Assembly: GCA_964035575.1 (NCBI GenBank)
Contig: OZ037837.1
Coordinates: forward strand, 1,364,001 to 1,428,000
Length of the DNA: 64,000 nucleotides
Direction of reading: 5' to 3'
Source of the DNA: Rhynchopus sp. YZ270_cl-10
Taxonomy: Eukaryota
Below the pieces are notes generated by a model. The model did not search any database, was not told the origin of the DNA, and saw only the letters and a program-made list of their open reading frames with translations. A program made the position numbers and the translations under genes. Positions 32,301-44,120 of the stretch are shown here, piece by piece (the stretch's first letter is position 1; each line of letters starts with the position of its first letter).

Positions 32301-34274
32301 CGACCGAGGGGGTCGTGGTGGCGGTGGATTCGACGGTGGTGCGGATCACGGAGCTTCCGGTGCGGATGTGGACAGACAGCTTCAAGGATGAGTTGTTGAA
32401 GAAGCAGGAGCGTGGAACCATCATCGAGTTTAGAAACCACACCACCGGGGATGATGTCGATGTTGACGTGGCGATCAGCCCTGCCGCGTTGACACAGCTT
32501 GGAAACACTCCTGGCGCGCTTCTCGAATTCTTCGGGTTGACCAACTCGCTTGCGTACACGAACCTCATCTGTTTCGACAAAACCGGGATTCTGCATAAGT
32601 ACCATTCCCCAAAAGACATTGTCAAGGAGTGGTACACTTTGCGTCTCAACGGCTATGTTGCGAGAAAGAAGTATTTAATTGCGGAGCTCAAACTGACCTG
32701 CAAAAAGCTTGAAAACAAAGTGCGCTTCATCAAGGAGGTGAACGAAGGGACCATGAGCATTCGGAACAGAAAGCGTGGCGAGGTGTTGGCGGCGTTGAAG
32801 AAGGGGGGGTACGATACCTTCGCTGCGGAGACGAAGCGGCAGGTGGCGAAGACTGCGATCTTGGAAACCGAGCAGCAGGCCAACGACGATGCCATGGAGG
32901 ATGAAGCCGAGAACACAGACACAAAGTCCGCAGTCTTTTCGACCCTCCCATCTGACAAATACAGCGATGCGAAGACCAAGGCACGCCAGAATGACGACGC
33001 AGAAGGCTATGAATACCTTCTCAACATGCACATCTGGTCCCTCACCTACGAGCGTGCGAGGCAGCTCGAGGAACAGCTCAAACGCGCCAAAGAAGACCTC
33101 ATCCTCCTCGAGAAGACAACCGAGAAGGAAATGTGGTCTGCAGACCTTGACGTTCTCAAAACCGCTGTCGAGCGCGCGAACCGCATCTGGGAAGAAGACA
33201 TGAAGGATGTGGCCAAGAAGGGCGGAGGTGGAGGAGGAGGAGCAGGAGGTAAACGGAAGGGCAAAGCTGTGAAGAAGATGCAAACCCGCCTCACGGATGC
33301 GGACGTCAAGGCGGCGAAGGAGACGGATGTTTCTAGAAAGGCGCTGCAGCAGGATCTGGACAAGGCTTTCAAAAAATCCGTCACGACCACGCGAGGCACT
33401 GAAAGCGGGAAACGCAAACGCAAAACGGATGAGGAAAATGAAGATGAAGATGATGACAACGATGACGACGACGACGACGAAGGCCAGACCCGCAAGCGCA
33501 TTAAAACAAACTCCGGATCGGCAGCAACAGCGCCAAAAAAGAAGGCGGCAAAGAAGGCCCCTGCCAAACGCTCCCGCAAGGCAAAGCGCGACAGCGACTC
33601 CCTGTGCGCCACGACGGAGGACACATCTGATGACAGTGACGACGATGATGACAGCGACGACGACGATGACGACTCCTCCGGCAGTGGTGACGACAGCTCT
33701 GACAGCGACGACGCAATCCGCAAGAAGCCCGCTAAGAAGGTCGCAAAGAAGGCACCCACAAAGAAGGGCGCCACCAAGGAGGAGGCGATGTCTGTGGATG
33801 ACAGCGACAGCGACGACGACCTTGACCTTCGCAAGAAGCCCGCCAAGAAGGCTCCCGTCAAGAAGGCGCCTGTCAAAAAGGCACCTGCCAAGAAGGCGGC
33901 CGCAATGCAGATCGATGACGACTCTGACGACGATGAGTATGTTATAAAAAGATTAGTGGAGCACACTCTAGGGTGGCTACACTAATACAACCAAGTTTTC
34001 AAAAAAAAGCGTTATCCCTTGAAAATAGTGAGCAAATTAGAGTTTTTTTTTCCCCATAAAATCCCCATAAATCAGTGTAGGGATCTGGAACTCCAAAAGA
34101 AAGAATTTTTGTTTAATACATTGCAATTCTGTGAACTGAAAGTATATGAATCTAACTTAATACATCTAACCATTTTCCCCTTACAGCATCCTCAACTTTG
34201 ATGTCGGCAAGAACCTTGGTGTGAGTGTCGGCAAGAAGAGGAAGACCATGGTGCTCGACGACGACTCGGACTAG
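29369..34274 (+). CDS. TOP2: DNA topoisomerase II; exons 29369-29668, 29960-33936 and 34187-34274
   Basis: Motifs RPDTYVGS, FDEILVNAADN, GGRNGYGAK, LTEGDSAK, PLRGK, DQDHDGSHIKGL, YYKGLGTS, YHHGE and catalytic SARYIF. GT-AG introns 29669-29959 and 33937-34186 (CTAAC branch points in intron 2) preserve the frame. The protein ends ..KKRKTMVLDDDSD*. Confidence 0.97.
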
Positions 34275-36423
34275 GCAACGAGGAGTGGTAGCGTATAAGG
34301 GGAGGCGAGCGCACTGTCTCAAAGGGGGGAAAATGATGCAGATTGTTGAGAAGAAAAAAACACACAAAAAAAGAACAAAAAAAACAAAATAAAAAAAACA
34401 AGTGTCTTTGAGAACTCTGGGTTGAAAAATTCCCAAAAGAAAAATAAAAGTTGTTTTTTTGTGCGGTGGGGGCTGACAAGATAGCGTAACTTTAATACAA
34501 CGAAACAAAACAGAGCAAAACAAACAGACAAAAAAGACTATAGTGGAACTCGTCCTGGGGTGTCTGCACTAATACAACTAAGATTTCAAAAATGAAACAA
34601 AAAAAAAAATGAAATACCATCGTCGTGTGGGTAACAAAGTGGCTAAGCACGAGAGGCTTAGGGTCATCTGAAAAACTTTTTCATTTGTGCTTTCATCCTG
34701 GGGCTGGCATACCTGGGTCAGTCGGAGGTGCCTGTATCAGCAACTACCATTTTTACGCACACTCCTTTGAGCGGAAAGTGTCACGTCCTTCACTCACCCA
34801 AGTGTGGAAGCGCCAACGCATCAAACAACTACAAGAAGGGGGGTGAGGGAACGACACATCACACGTGACACTTTTTTAATTATTACCACGAAGCTTACTT
34901 TGAGAAATACCGGGTACGTGGTCGTACGTTGAAATACTCTTTTGTCTTTCATATCCTCCAAATGCACTTGCGTTTATAGATGCAAGTGAACGAGAACGTC
35001 TCCACTGTTCTCCGTCCCCCACTCCCTCCCCGTCCATTTAGGTTTAAACGTAATTTTATTTTTTTGATTCAAAAAACCTAATACACCCTCTACCCCCTCT
35101 CCACTCCCCTGCCAATTAGATAGAGAAACAGAAACATAAAGAGCACATAAAAAAAGAAGCTGTGGAGTTCATCTTCGGGTGTCTACACTAAAACAAACCA
35201 AGTTTTCAAAAAAAAAGCTAAAGCAACGCAAACAATACCGTTTGTGTGAGCCTAAGCCTGGACCCATCGCTTGAGATGGTAAATGTTTTTTTTTCAAACA
35301 TTACTGGGGGGGAGGGGCGAATAAGAGATGATGGGAGTGGATAGGAGATAACGGTTGAGATTTGAGGTTGTTTTTTTTAGCCTGTTTTCTTTGCAGGGAA
35401 AAGGAGATACTGTAACCGTATCACTAGTGGACTGTAATGATATTCTATGCTCCCCAAAAACGGCAAAATATTCCACGTTTTTTTACTAAGGTGACTATTC
35501 ACGAGAGGATTAGGGTTACAGTTGGACAAGAAACTTGGCGGCCAAAAAAATTGGCGACCAAATAATATTGGCGGATTTTGGGGGTTTTCTTGCAATTGGC
35601 GACTTTTTTGGTCGCCACTTGTCCAACTGTATCATTATAAAACTTTTATTTTTTACGGTCCACTATTGTTACTGTTACGGTACGGGTTTTCCTATATCCC
35701 CTACCCCAACCTATAGCTCTTATTTCCATGCTAAACAAAGCGAAGCAAAAAAAAATAAAAATGGGGGGAAAACGACTGATGATGAGGAATACACACTGTC
35801 ATTGGATATTAGTAGAGTTGCATGTGAAAGATGGCATGCAATGATAAAAAGGAAATTGAACACCGTATCCCAAACTCCCTTTTTTTTTCTGTTGTGGGGG
35901 CGGGTTGGAGCAGAGTCACGCTGCACCGACAGGTCGAGGCGTGTGCGTTTCACAACCTTCCCCTTTTGTCTTTATTGTCTTTATTGTTTTATTGTTTGCG
36001 GGGGTGGGGGAAAAGTAGGACGGGTTTCAATTTTTATTTTTATTTTGAATGAACCAACAAAGGGGTACCAAGGCATGTCACTTAAAAGAATCACTTGCCG
36101 ACAGTCACTGTTGTGGATGGAAGCAACTAGGTGGAGCGCGCACACAGCGTAATGTTTCTTTCACACCAGACCTACCCAAGCCACGTTTTGCTTTTCAAAA
36201 CACACACAACCGTGTCTTGTCTCTCACTCAAAAATAAAATTTCAAAAAAAGAAGAAAAAAGAAAAATGACAACAAAAAGATATTCCTAAAAACAGAGCTT
36301 CTATCGTTTCCCTCTTCATTTTTTAATCTAGTAAGACACCAGAGCCACGAAACCCATCCTATCAGTACGTACCATCATTGGTATTCCTTCCCACACACCT
36401 TCCCCCACAGAAACACACAACAC

Positions 36424-37236
36424 ATGGAGGTGCGGGTCAAGGGTTTCGGCAACGAGATATACGTGGTCGAGGTGGGGGTGGACGACACGGCAGCACACAT
36501 GCGGCAGAAGGTGGCGTCTGCAGTGGGGTTGCCTGAAGACGGCTTTGGCATGAGCTGCGGGGGCGAGGTGGTGGACGAAGGAGACGTCGCGTACCTGAGC
36601 GAGATGGTGGTGCTGACGATGTCTGCTAAGCAAGAAGCGATGGCGTCGCTTCGTGCCTTGGGCGAGGTGGACATTACCGCAGAACGGTTGTGGGGTGCGA
36701 AAGATCCGAAGGTGGCGTGTTTGCTTCTGCAGGCGGAGGTTGCGACGGCGATTCCCCATCAGTTCTTGGCAACCTCATCGTTAACGACACTTGATCTCAG
36801 TGCTGTATCCATTGTGACTCACGTTGGCGACAGCTTCTTGGAACGCTGCACCTCACTGACAAGCATCGACCTCTCTGGGTTGCGCAGTGTGACGCACATT
36901 GGTGACGACTTTCTTTCCGGCTGCAACAGCTTAGCAACGCTCGATCTGTCACCTCTGAGCACGCTTACGCATCTGGGTCGCTTCAGTCTTGGTAGGTGCC
37001 ACAGCTTAACCACGCTAGACCTTTCGTCGCTCAGCAGTCTCACGCAGATGGGGGACAACTTTGCCACACATTGCACCTCGTTGCGTACCATCTACCTATG
37101 GAACTGCAGCAGTGTTGTGTCCAGCACAGTCATGAACGCCAGACAGTTAGGCTGCATGCTTGAGACCCGCCCGAAACGAAGCAGAGAAGAAGACTCGCCA
37201 GAGCACTCCCACAAACGGCAGAGGCTCTCACAATGA
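36424..37236 (+). CDS. UBL-LRR protein with C-terminal bipartite NLS-like motif
   Basis: UBL and DPKVACLLLQA linker homologous to the B-box family, LRRs, and the tail KRSREEDSPEHSHKRQR. Confidence 0.8.
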   Translation: MEVRVKGFGNEIYVVEVGVDDTAAHMRQKVASAVGLPEDGFGMSCGGEVVDEGDVAYLSEMVVLTMSAKQEAMASLRALGEVDITAERLWGAKDPKVACLLLQAEVATAIPHQFLATSSLTTLDLSAVSIVTHVGDSFLERCTSLTSIDLSGLRSVTHIGDDFLSGCNSLATLDLSPLSTLTHLGRFSLGRCHSLTTLDLSSLSSLTQMGDNFATHCTSLRTIYLWNCSSVVSSTVMNARQLGCMLETRPKRSREEDSPEHSHKRQRLSQ

Positions 37237-38356
37237 TGCCCAGCACTGCGAGTGAGGGGTATAGGGGTATAGGTAGGGGAGAACAGGGGATATGGGGAGG
37301 GTCACTCAATTATTCATATTTTTATAGACGACGTAGGAGTCCACTTTGTTATCATAACCACAACAAACATAAAAAAAGCAAGGATACTTTTTTAGCACCC
37401 TCTGTACCTTCTTTTTATTAGAAAAAGAATGTATATGAAACAAATATTTGTATAGACGAGTCCCGACTCAGATGGAGTTATTCGGCTGCTTCTTGAGTCC
37501 GGGAATAAATCCGAGAGTTTTTTTGTCATCCCTTTTTACATAGTGTTGAGAAAGAAAGGTGCCCCACACACCCCCCCTTCCACTATTAATGGATGCATTG
37601 GTCAGGTGCCGCTGCAGTGGCATACCTTGCCATTCTAGTATTATGGCTTGTTAAATCAAAGGTGAAGAACGTTACTGAACTTTTTGGGTTCATGATGGTG
37701 GTCCAAAGGAGTCGAAAGGATTACCTAAGCCGTACAGCCCCTTATTGTGTTCAGGGTCTGCCCCGCCCTCATGCTCAAAGGACGCATTAGTTTTGTCCGC
37801 CTGTGTTCGTACTTACCTTATGAACACCTCCTGGTGGGGGTTTCCTCACATTGTGAAAAAAACCTTGTATTTTGACGGCGTGACAGTTTCAGAGCAAAGG
37901 GTACGCTTTCAGAGCAGTGCGCTTGCCTGGTCTGTTGGTCGGGAGGGTCAGGGAACTTCATCCCTCCCCTCCCGATAGCAGTGAGCAAACGTGCTGAGTT
38001 TCCTCCTCACGTTAACCTGTTTTATATTTTGACGGCGTGACAGTTTCAGAGCAAGGTGCGCTTGCCTGGTCTGTTGGTCGGGAGGGTAAGGAACCTAGGT
38101 GTATATAGGTTGCTTTGTTAGGGTCTCTTGGTAGCTTCCGGATCAATGTGAGCACTGTACAACGTCACGAAGTGTGAGCAAGCAAAAGAGTAAGAAGTCT
38201 CGCGTATTTTCTGTTCTGTTCACGTTTTCACATCTTTTGCATTTCAACAATGTGAGCACAGTATCCCCTTCCCATTCTTTGAATGTCATTGACCTGAACA
38301 CTCGAGTTACGAAGTCATACAATACATCACAAACACAACAGACCCTGAAGAAAACA

Positions 38357-39472
38357 ATGGATGTGACCTTTGTGCTGGAAGAGTCAGGCGTGACTGCGAC
38401 AGTGGAGGTGCCGTGCGAGGCGGACGCTGCAGCGGCAAAGGAGGTTGCGTGCACGGCGCTTGCTGTCTCGCCTGCGTCTGTCGAGATGCGCATCGGCACG
38501 CAGGTGCTGGAGGGGACGTCCCGTCTGCAGGACACTGCGTTTGATTCAGGGGTGCAGGTTGTGCTTGCCCGCCGCTTTGCCGACATCAAGTGTCCTGCTG
38601 AGTGCAGTGTGGAGGCGCTAACTGGCCTGAAGATGAAGAATCTCAATCATAAGGTAAGTGGAGTATCGCTGTCACCTTGTGGAGCACTCTGCCTCTTTAC
38701 ACAGAAGGGAGGCTATGTCACCGGCCTCGATACAGACACCTTCATCCCTGCCTTCAAGTTCAAACTAGACATTAAGGTGTGCGGTGCACCTGCCATCTCA
38801 CGGTGCAAGACACGCTGCTACCTGGCGCGCAAAGACGGCCTACACGAGGTTGCACTTCCGGGAGGGGAGGTGCTCCGCAAAGTCGAAGGACCCTCGTACG
38901 ATGTGTTCGCGTGTGGCGGTGTTGTTGTCTCCCAAGGCAAAGACGGCGTCTCTGTGTACGACGAAGACCTGACGTTGCTCCGCACTCTCTCGCACGAAGT
39001 GTGCTGGGACGTGGCAGGGTCGCACTGTGGTGGGTGGGTCATCACCTCCTCCTGTAAGGAGCACAACGCCCGTCTGTGGAATGTGAACACAGGTGAAGCT
39101 GTGGCATGTGTGCCAACGCAGCATGGAACGAGCAAAGTGGCGCTGTCACGGTCTGCCTCTATCTTTGCTGTGGGGAGCTTTGAAGACGTGCACCTCTGTG
39201 ATTGGAGTGGTGCGGCACTGAGCAGCTTCAAGGAGGTGGGTGCCACTGCCCGCACCATGCAGTTCACTCCGTGTGGGAAGTATCTCCTTGTTGATTTTGC
39301 GAATCATTATGCTGAAGACTATTCACTGCACCAGTACGATGTGGCGACCATGTCTTGTGTGCGTGTACTCCCAGTGGCCTCTGCATTTTCATTTGCGATA
39401 TCGCCGTGTTCACGTGTGGTGGTTGCGAACTCTGGACAACACATTGTGACGAAACATCTGTACCCCTACTGA
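38357..39472 (+). CDS. UBL-WD40-like protein (copy 2)
   Basis: Starts at the family-conserved MDVTFVLEESG and ends HLYPY*. Confidence 0.85.
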   Translation: MDVTFVLEESGVTATVEVPCEADAAAAKEVACTALAVSPASVEMRIGTQVLEGTSRLQDTAFDSGVQVVLARRFADIKCPAECSVEALTGLKMKNLNHKVSGVSLSPCGALCLFTQKGGYVTGLDTDTFIPAFKFKLDIKVCGAPAISRCKTRCYLARKDGLHEVALPGGEVLRKVEGPSYDVFACGGVVVSQGKDGVSVYDEDLTLLRTLSHEVCWDVAGSHCGGWVITSSCKEHNARLWNVNTGEAVACVPTQHGTSKVALSRSASIFAVGSFEDVHLCDWSGAALSSFKEVGATARTMQFTPCGKYLLVDFANHYAEDYSLHQYDVATMSCVRVLPVASAFSFAISPCSRVVVANSGQHIVTKHLYPY

Positions 39473-39534
39473 GTGATGTTTTGCGAGAGGTTGTGTTTGT
39501 ATGCAGCTTCTCGCAGGCAGTCCACCCCAGAAGC

Positions 39535-40500
39535 AGTTGCAGCGTCTGTTTTGTTCAGGTGCGCGACTCTGTTCCCCTCTATTGGTACCAACCCCGCCTC
39601 GTGGAGCCTACCAAGCTGCGTCCACCCATCAAGCTCGGCAGGGGTGACACCTGGAATTCCGCAACAAAGCTGCACTTTGCACAGCTCTTCGCGTCGTACG
39701 GCGCACCCTTGATCTGCCTCGACCTGCTGAAGCAAAAGGAGAAGATCCCACGCGAGGCACAGCTCGGACGTGAGTACAGCTCCGTCATCGAAGGGATGAA
39801 CGACCGCCTCCCCCTTGAAGACAAGATCCGCTACATCGGGTGGGACTTCCGCAAGGCCAGCCGCGAGCAGGAAAAGGTCAACAACGAGATGGCAAGCATC
39901 GCAGAAGAAACCTTTGCGGTAACAGGTATGTTGACTTTGAGACCACTTTATCTCTCTCATCTTACGGTACATATCACCCACACCCCACCCCACCCCACCC
40001 TTTTGCATTCGACTGAAATGCGTTTACGCATTTCAGTCGAAAACTACTATTTCTCTTCAAAAAAAATTCCCATACCCCACACAGGGATGTTCACCACCGG
40101 CGGCAACGGCGGCAGCACCACCGAACAGACTGGCGTGGTCCGCATGAACTGCGTCGACTGCCTCGACCGCACGAACCTCGCACAGTTCTTCATCGGCAAA
40201 CACGCTCTCTTCAAACAGCTGGAGTACCTTGGTGTACTCTCTGACGAGGAGACCATTGTACACACACTTCTCGAGGTGTACCTGAAGATGGGCGACCAGA
40301 TCGCGATGCAATACGGCGGGAGCAAGGCGGTCACGCTGGGGCTCTTCAACCGCGGCGGGTGGGGCGACATCGCGACCTCTGTGGTGCGGTACTGCAACAA
40401 CCGCTTCTGGGACAACCGCAAACAGGAGTCGCTCAACATCTTCCTCGGCAACTACACGACCTTCGTGGGCGCCCACCACCACCTCAGACGACTCCAACGA
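39535..40500 (+). pseudogene. Internal fragment of a SAC-domain phosphoinositide phosphatase (FIG4/SAC-like) with intron 39926-40084
   Basis: FVQVRDSVPLYW, GVVRMNCVDCLDRTN (CX5R motif) and GDQIAMQYGGS. No own start codon; abuts a WD40 3' UTR on the left and an LRR tail on the right. Confidence 0.85.
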
Positions 40501-40512
40501 AGACGACCCCTA

Positions 40513-40820
40513 GACCACACTCGACATTTCTGGGTGGAGCAATGTGACACATGTTGGGCAAGATTTTCTCGCCTACTGCTCCTCATTGTCGAAGCTTAAC
40601 TTGTCTGGGTGGTCGAGTGTGACGCGGATTGAGACAGGATTCCTAAGGGGATGCAAAATACCCACAAGCAGCATCAACGTCACCGGATCGAGCAGTGTTG
40701 TGTCAGAATATGTGAACAACAGTCGTACCAAGTGCCAATGTGTGTGCATGTGAGACACGTGCATCTTTCGAGAAGCTATCTGCTCATTACCCTGTTCAAA
40801 CAACAATTTTTTTGCTGTTT
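40513..40820 (+). pseudogene. Orphan duplicate of the 3' end of the CaaX-terminated UBL-LRR gene
   Basis: Matches 42829-43135 and ends ..TKCQCVCM* at 40753. Confidence 0.9.
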
Positions 40821-41956
40821 CATTTTACCACAAAAGATATCTGTGTACTCTGTGGTGGGGAAGCATTCCAACTTTTTCAGTATCTGCCCGATTATCCTGT
40901 TTTTTACCCCCCGTTTAGAACAACAGAGTGCGTCTGTTGAGATTTGAATGCAACTTTGTGTCATTACTTACGGGGGGATTGGAAGGGAGGCGGAAAGGCG
41001 TTTTCAAAAAAAAATGTTCTGTTGATGATCAGCAGAACTTTGTCAGGTGGCGGCCCACCTGAGTTACACTGTCACCGACAAACTCTGACAGTCTTTTTGT
41101 GTACTTTTTTGAACTATTTTCACTGAACAAGATAAAGGAATGCGTTTCTTGTATCGAACAGATTTTATTCGTATCGTAAACACCTTCTTCCTCACGCGCT
41201 GGTTTTTGTGTTCGCTAAGTTTTATCAAAAAGCTTTCCCTACTTTGCAACGAATGGTTTCCCCATGTATTGCAAGGGAAACAATATGACAAAGAGGTGCA
41301 GGGTGGTTCGCACATCAGAGAACCTGGCACCTTGTGTCTCCTATAAACCAAAAGCGTTGTGTGTGAAGTTTTGAAGGAAGGAAACATGAAGCAATGTATT
41401 TTTGTGCTTTTTTGCACGACCATTCTGTGCTAAGACATAAGCCTGCTCAGTACCCCCTGCACAACTTGATGTTTGTGCCCATTCATCGTTCAAGATTTCG
41501 TTCTTTGTTTCCAAAGTGGAAACAAAACAACATCATTTCCCTTTCTTTGTTTGTGTGAATATTTTTTGTGTTGTGCAAGAAATGTGCAGGTTGAATTCCT
41601 TTAGTCATGAGAAAAGCCATGCCGCCATTGAGCGACTCATAGGCGCATGAGTGAGAGACGTTGTCGATGTGGGACCCCGCCTCGCAGAGGAAAGGTGTTT
41701 TTGGCACAGCAACTTTCGTGAAGTCAGTATCGGTCTGCGAATCAAATTGAAAACGGCGTGTTTGCGCGTCATATCGCAGAGGATAGAGAAACTGAAAAGT
41801 CATGACAATGAAATACCCCCGAGCGTGTGCTCCGCTAATTTGTTGATCGCATCCATTCAAGATCAAAGCAACGACCTCCCCCCTTGTAACTGTTTGTTGC
41901 CTCTTACTCTGACCCCAATTGAAAACACCTGCAACAAAACAGAGAGACACAAAACC

Positions 41957-43066
41957 ATGGAAATATGCATCGAGTGCTTAGACGGAGAGAAGTACACAGT
42001 CGAGGTGGGTGCGGATGACACAATTACGGACATACGGCGGAAGGCGGCGGCTGCAGCAGCGTTGTGCGAAGACGGCTTTGACATGCGCTTCGGAGGGAAG
42101 GTCATGGCAGAAGGAGACTTCACGACGCAGCTGAGTGCTGGGGACACAGTTGTGCTGACGAAGAAGACGATGTCGCAGAAGGAGCACGCCATTGCAGCTC
42201 TTCGTGACTTGGGTTGGGAGACAAGGCTGACGGCAGAGAGCTTAGTGAGTCTGACAGATCCCAAGCTGGTTCATTTGTTTCTGCAGGCGGAAGTTGTTAC
42301 TGAGATCCCTGATAACGTCTTGTCAGGTGGCACGTTCAGAGAACTTGATCTCAGTGGTGTGTCAGCTGTGACTAAAGTAGGCGCAGACTTCCTCTACGAC
42401 TGCGAGGGGTTGACCACAATCGACATTTCTGGGTGGAGCAATGTGACGCACATTGGCAGCCGCTTCCTCCAGAACTGCGGCAGATATGGTGTACACTGGA
42501 CACCAGGCGTTAGCGCACCGAGGAGGGCAGAAGTGAGACTTGACATATCTGGGTGGAACAATGTGACGCGTATCGGGTACAACTTCCTGGAGAACAGCGG
42601 AGTGCGCACACTTGACATTTCTGGGTGGAATAAGGTGACGGAGATAGAACACGCTTTCTTAAACAGGTGCTACAAGTTGTACTTACTTGACTTGTCTGGG
42701 TGGAGCAATGTGACGCACATTGGCGGCTGCTTTCTCCACCTCTGCAAAAGGTTGACCACACTCGACATTTCTGGGTGGAACAACGTTACGGTGATTGAAA
42801 GTCGCTTCCTCTCCAACTGCAGATCGTTGACCACACTCGACATTTCTGGGTGGAACAATGTGACACATGTTGGGAAAGATTTTCTCGCCAACTGCACCTC
42901 ATTGTCGACGCTTGATCTGTCTGGGTGGTCGAGTGTGACACGGATTGAGGATGCCTTCCTAAAAGGATGCAAAATACGTGCAAGCAGCATCAACGTCACC
43001 GGATCGAGCAGTGTTGTGTCAGAATATGTGAACAACAGTACCAAGTGCCATTGTCTGTGCATGTGA
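41957..43066 (+). CDS. UBL-LRR protein with C-terminal CaaX motif
   Basis: ATG at 41957 (AAAACCATGG), UBL (MEICIECLDGEKYTVEVGADDT..), LRRs (LTTLDISGWNNVT.IG..FL), ending TKCHCLCM*. Confidence 0.85.
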   Translation: MEICIECLDGEKYTVEVGADDTITDIRRKAAAAAALCEDGFDMRFGGKVMAEGDFTTQLSAGDTVVLTKKTMSQKEHAIAALRDLGWETRLTAESLVSLTDPKLVHLFLQAEVVTEIPDNVLSGGTFRELDLSGVSAVTKVGADFLYDCEGLTTIDISGWSNVTHIGSRFLQNCGRYGVHWTPGVSAPRRAEVRLDISGWNNVTRIGYNFLENSGVRTLDISGWNKVTEIEHAFLNRCYKLYLLDLSGWSNVTHIGGCFLHLCKRLTTLDISGWNNVTVIESRFLSNCRSLTTLDISGWNNVTHVGKDFLANCTSLSTLDLSGWSSVTRIEDAFLKGCKIRASSINVTGSSSVVSEYVNNSTKCHCLCM

Positions 43067-43471
43067 GACACGTGCATCTTTCGAGAAGCTATCTGCTCAT
43101 TATCCTGTTCAAACAACAATTTTTTTGATGTTTTCATTGATATTTTGGATGTCCCGGCGGTACCACACTAACACCACTTACACACACTTTCACCCCATTT
43201 CACCGAATTGCACCCAATTTCACCCCATTACACATGAATTACAACGCCTTGATGTTTTGGTCTTTACTAAAGGGATGTGCGGACGACACCAAAGAAATTG
43301 AAATTTTTCGCGATATTTGGTCCTCCAAAAATTTTCCGGAACCGAAAATCGTGTAGTTTGGGGGTACTGAGGCCAGAAAAAATTTGTGTGAATACATGAA
43401 AATATTCCTGATAGGATGGCATGCGGCCAAAACATCAGCTGTTTTGGTTATTTTTGCCTTGTGCTGTGTGC

Positions 43472-44041
43472 TGTGTACTGTGTACTGTGTACTGTGTACT
43501 GTGTACTGTGTACTGTGTACTGTGTACTGTGTACTGTGTACTGTGTACTGTGTACTGTGTACTGTGTACTGTGTACTGTGTACTGTGTACTGTGTACTGT
43601 GTACTGTGTACTGTGTACTGTGTACTGTGTACTGTGTACTGTGTACTGTGTACTGTGTACTGTGTACTGTGTACTGTGTACTGTGTACTGTGTACTGTGT
43701 ACTGTGTACTGTGTACTGTGTACTGTGTACTGTGTACTGTGTACTGTGTACTGTGTACTGTGTACTGTGTACTGTGTACTGTGTACTGTGTACTGTGTAC
43801 TGTGTACTGTGTACTGTGTACTGTGTACTGTGTACTGTGTACTGTGTACTGTGTACTGTGTACTGTGTACTGTGTACTGTGTACTGTGTACTGTGTACTG
43901 TGTACTGTGTACTGTGTACTGTGTACTGTGTACTGTGTACTGTGTACTGTGTACTGTGTACTGTGTACTGTGTACTGTGTACTGTGTACTGTGTACTGTG
44001 TACTGTGTACTGTGTACTGTGTACTGTGTACTGTGTACTGT
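43472..44041. repeat. (TGTGTAC)n satellite, ~80 units
   Basis: Perfect 7-bp tandem repeat. Confidence 0.97.
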
Positions 44042-44120
44042 CGGCAATGGTCAGCCAGGCAAATTTTTTTTGCTCCACTCGAGAAAAAAAAAATTGTTGT
44101 CACCCTTTTTGCATGGATGT

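Noticed and set aside
22956..33966. Long antisense ORFs opposite LINE ORF2 and TOP2 (e.g. 22956-24011, 29927-30952, 33046-33966)
   Set aside because: They are shadows of codon-biased sense genes with no recognisable motifs.
29960..33985. ORF-track start and end for topoisomerase II
   Set aside because: The GTG start is an exon boundary and the tail YVIKRLVEHTLGWLH is intron 2; the spliced 3-exon model fits better.
39355..40599. 414-aa ORF as a complete phosphatase
   Set aside because: It starts out of frame in a WD40 gene, reads through an intron and lacks the SAC N-terminal region.
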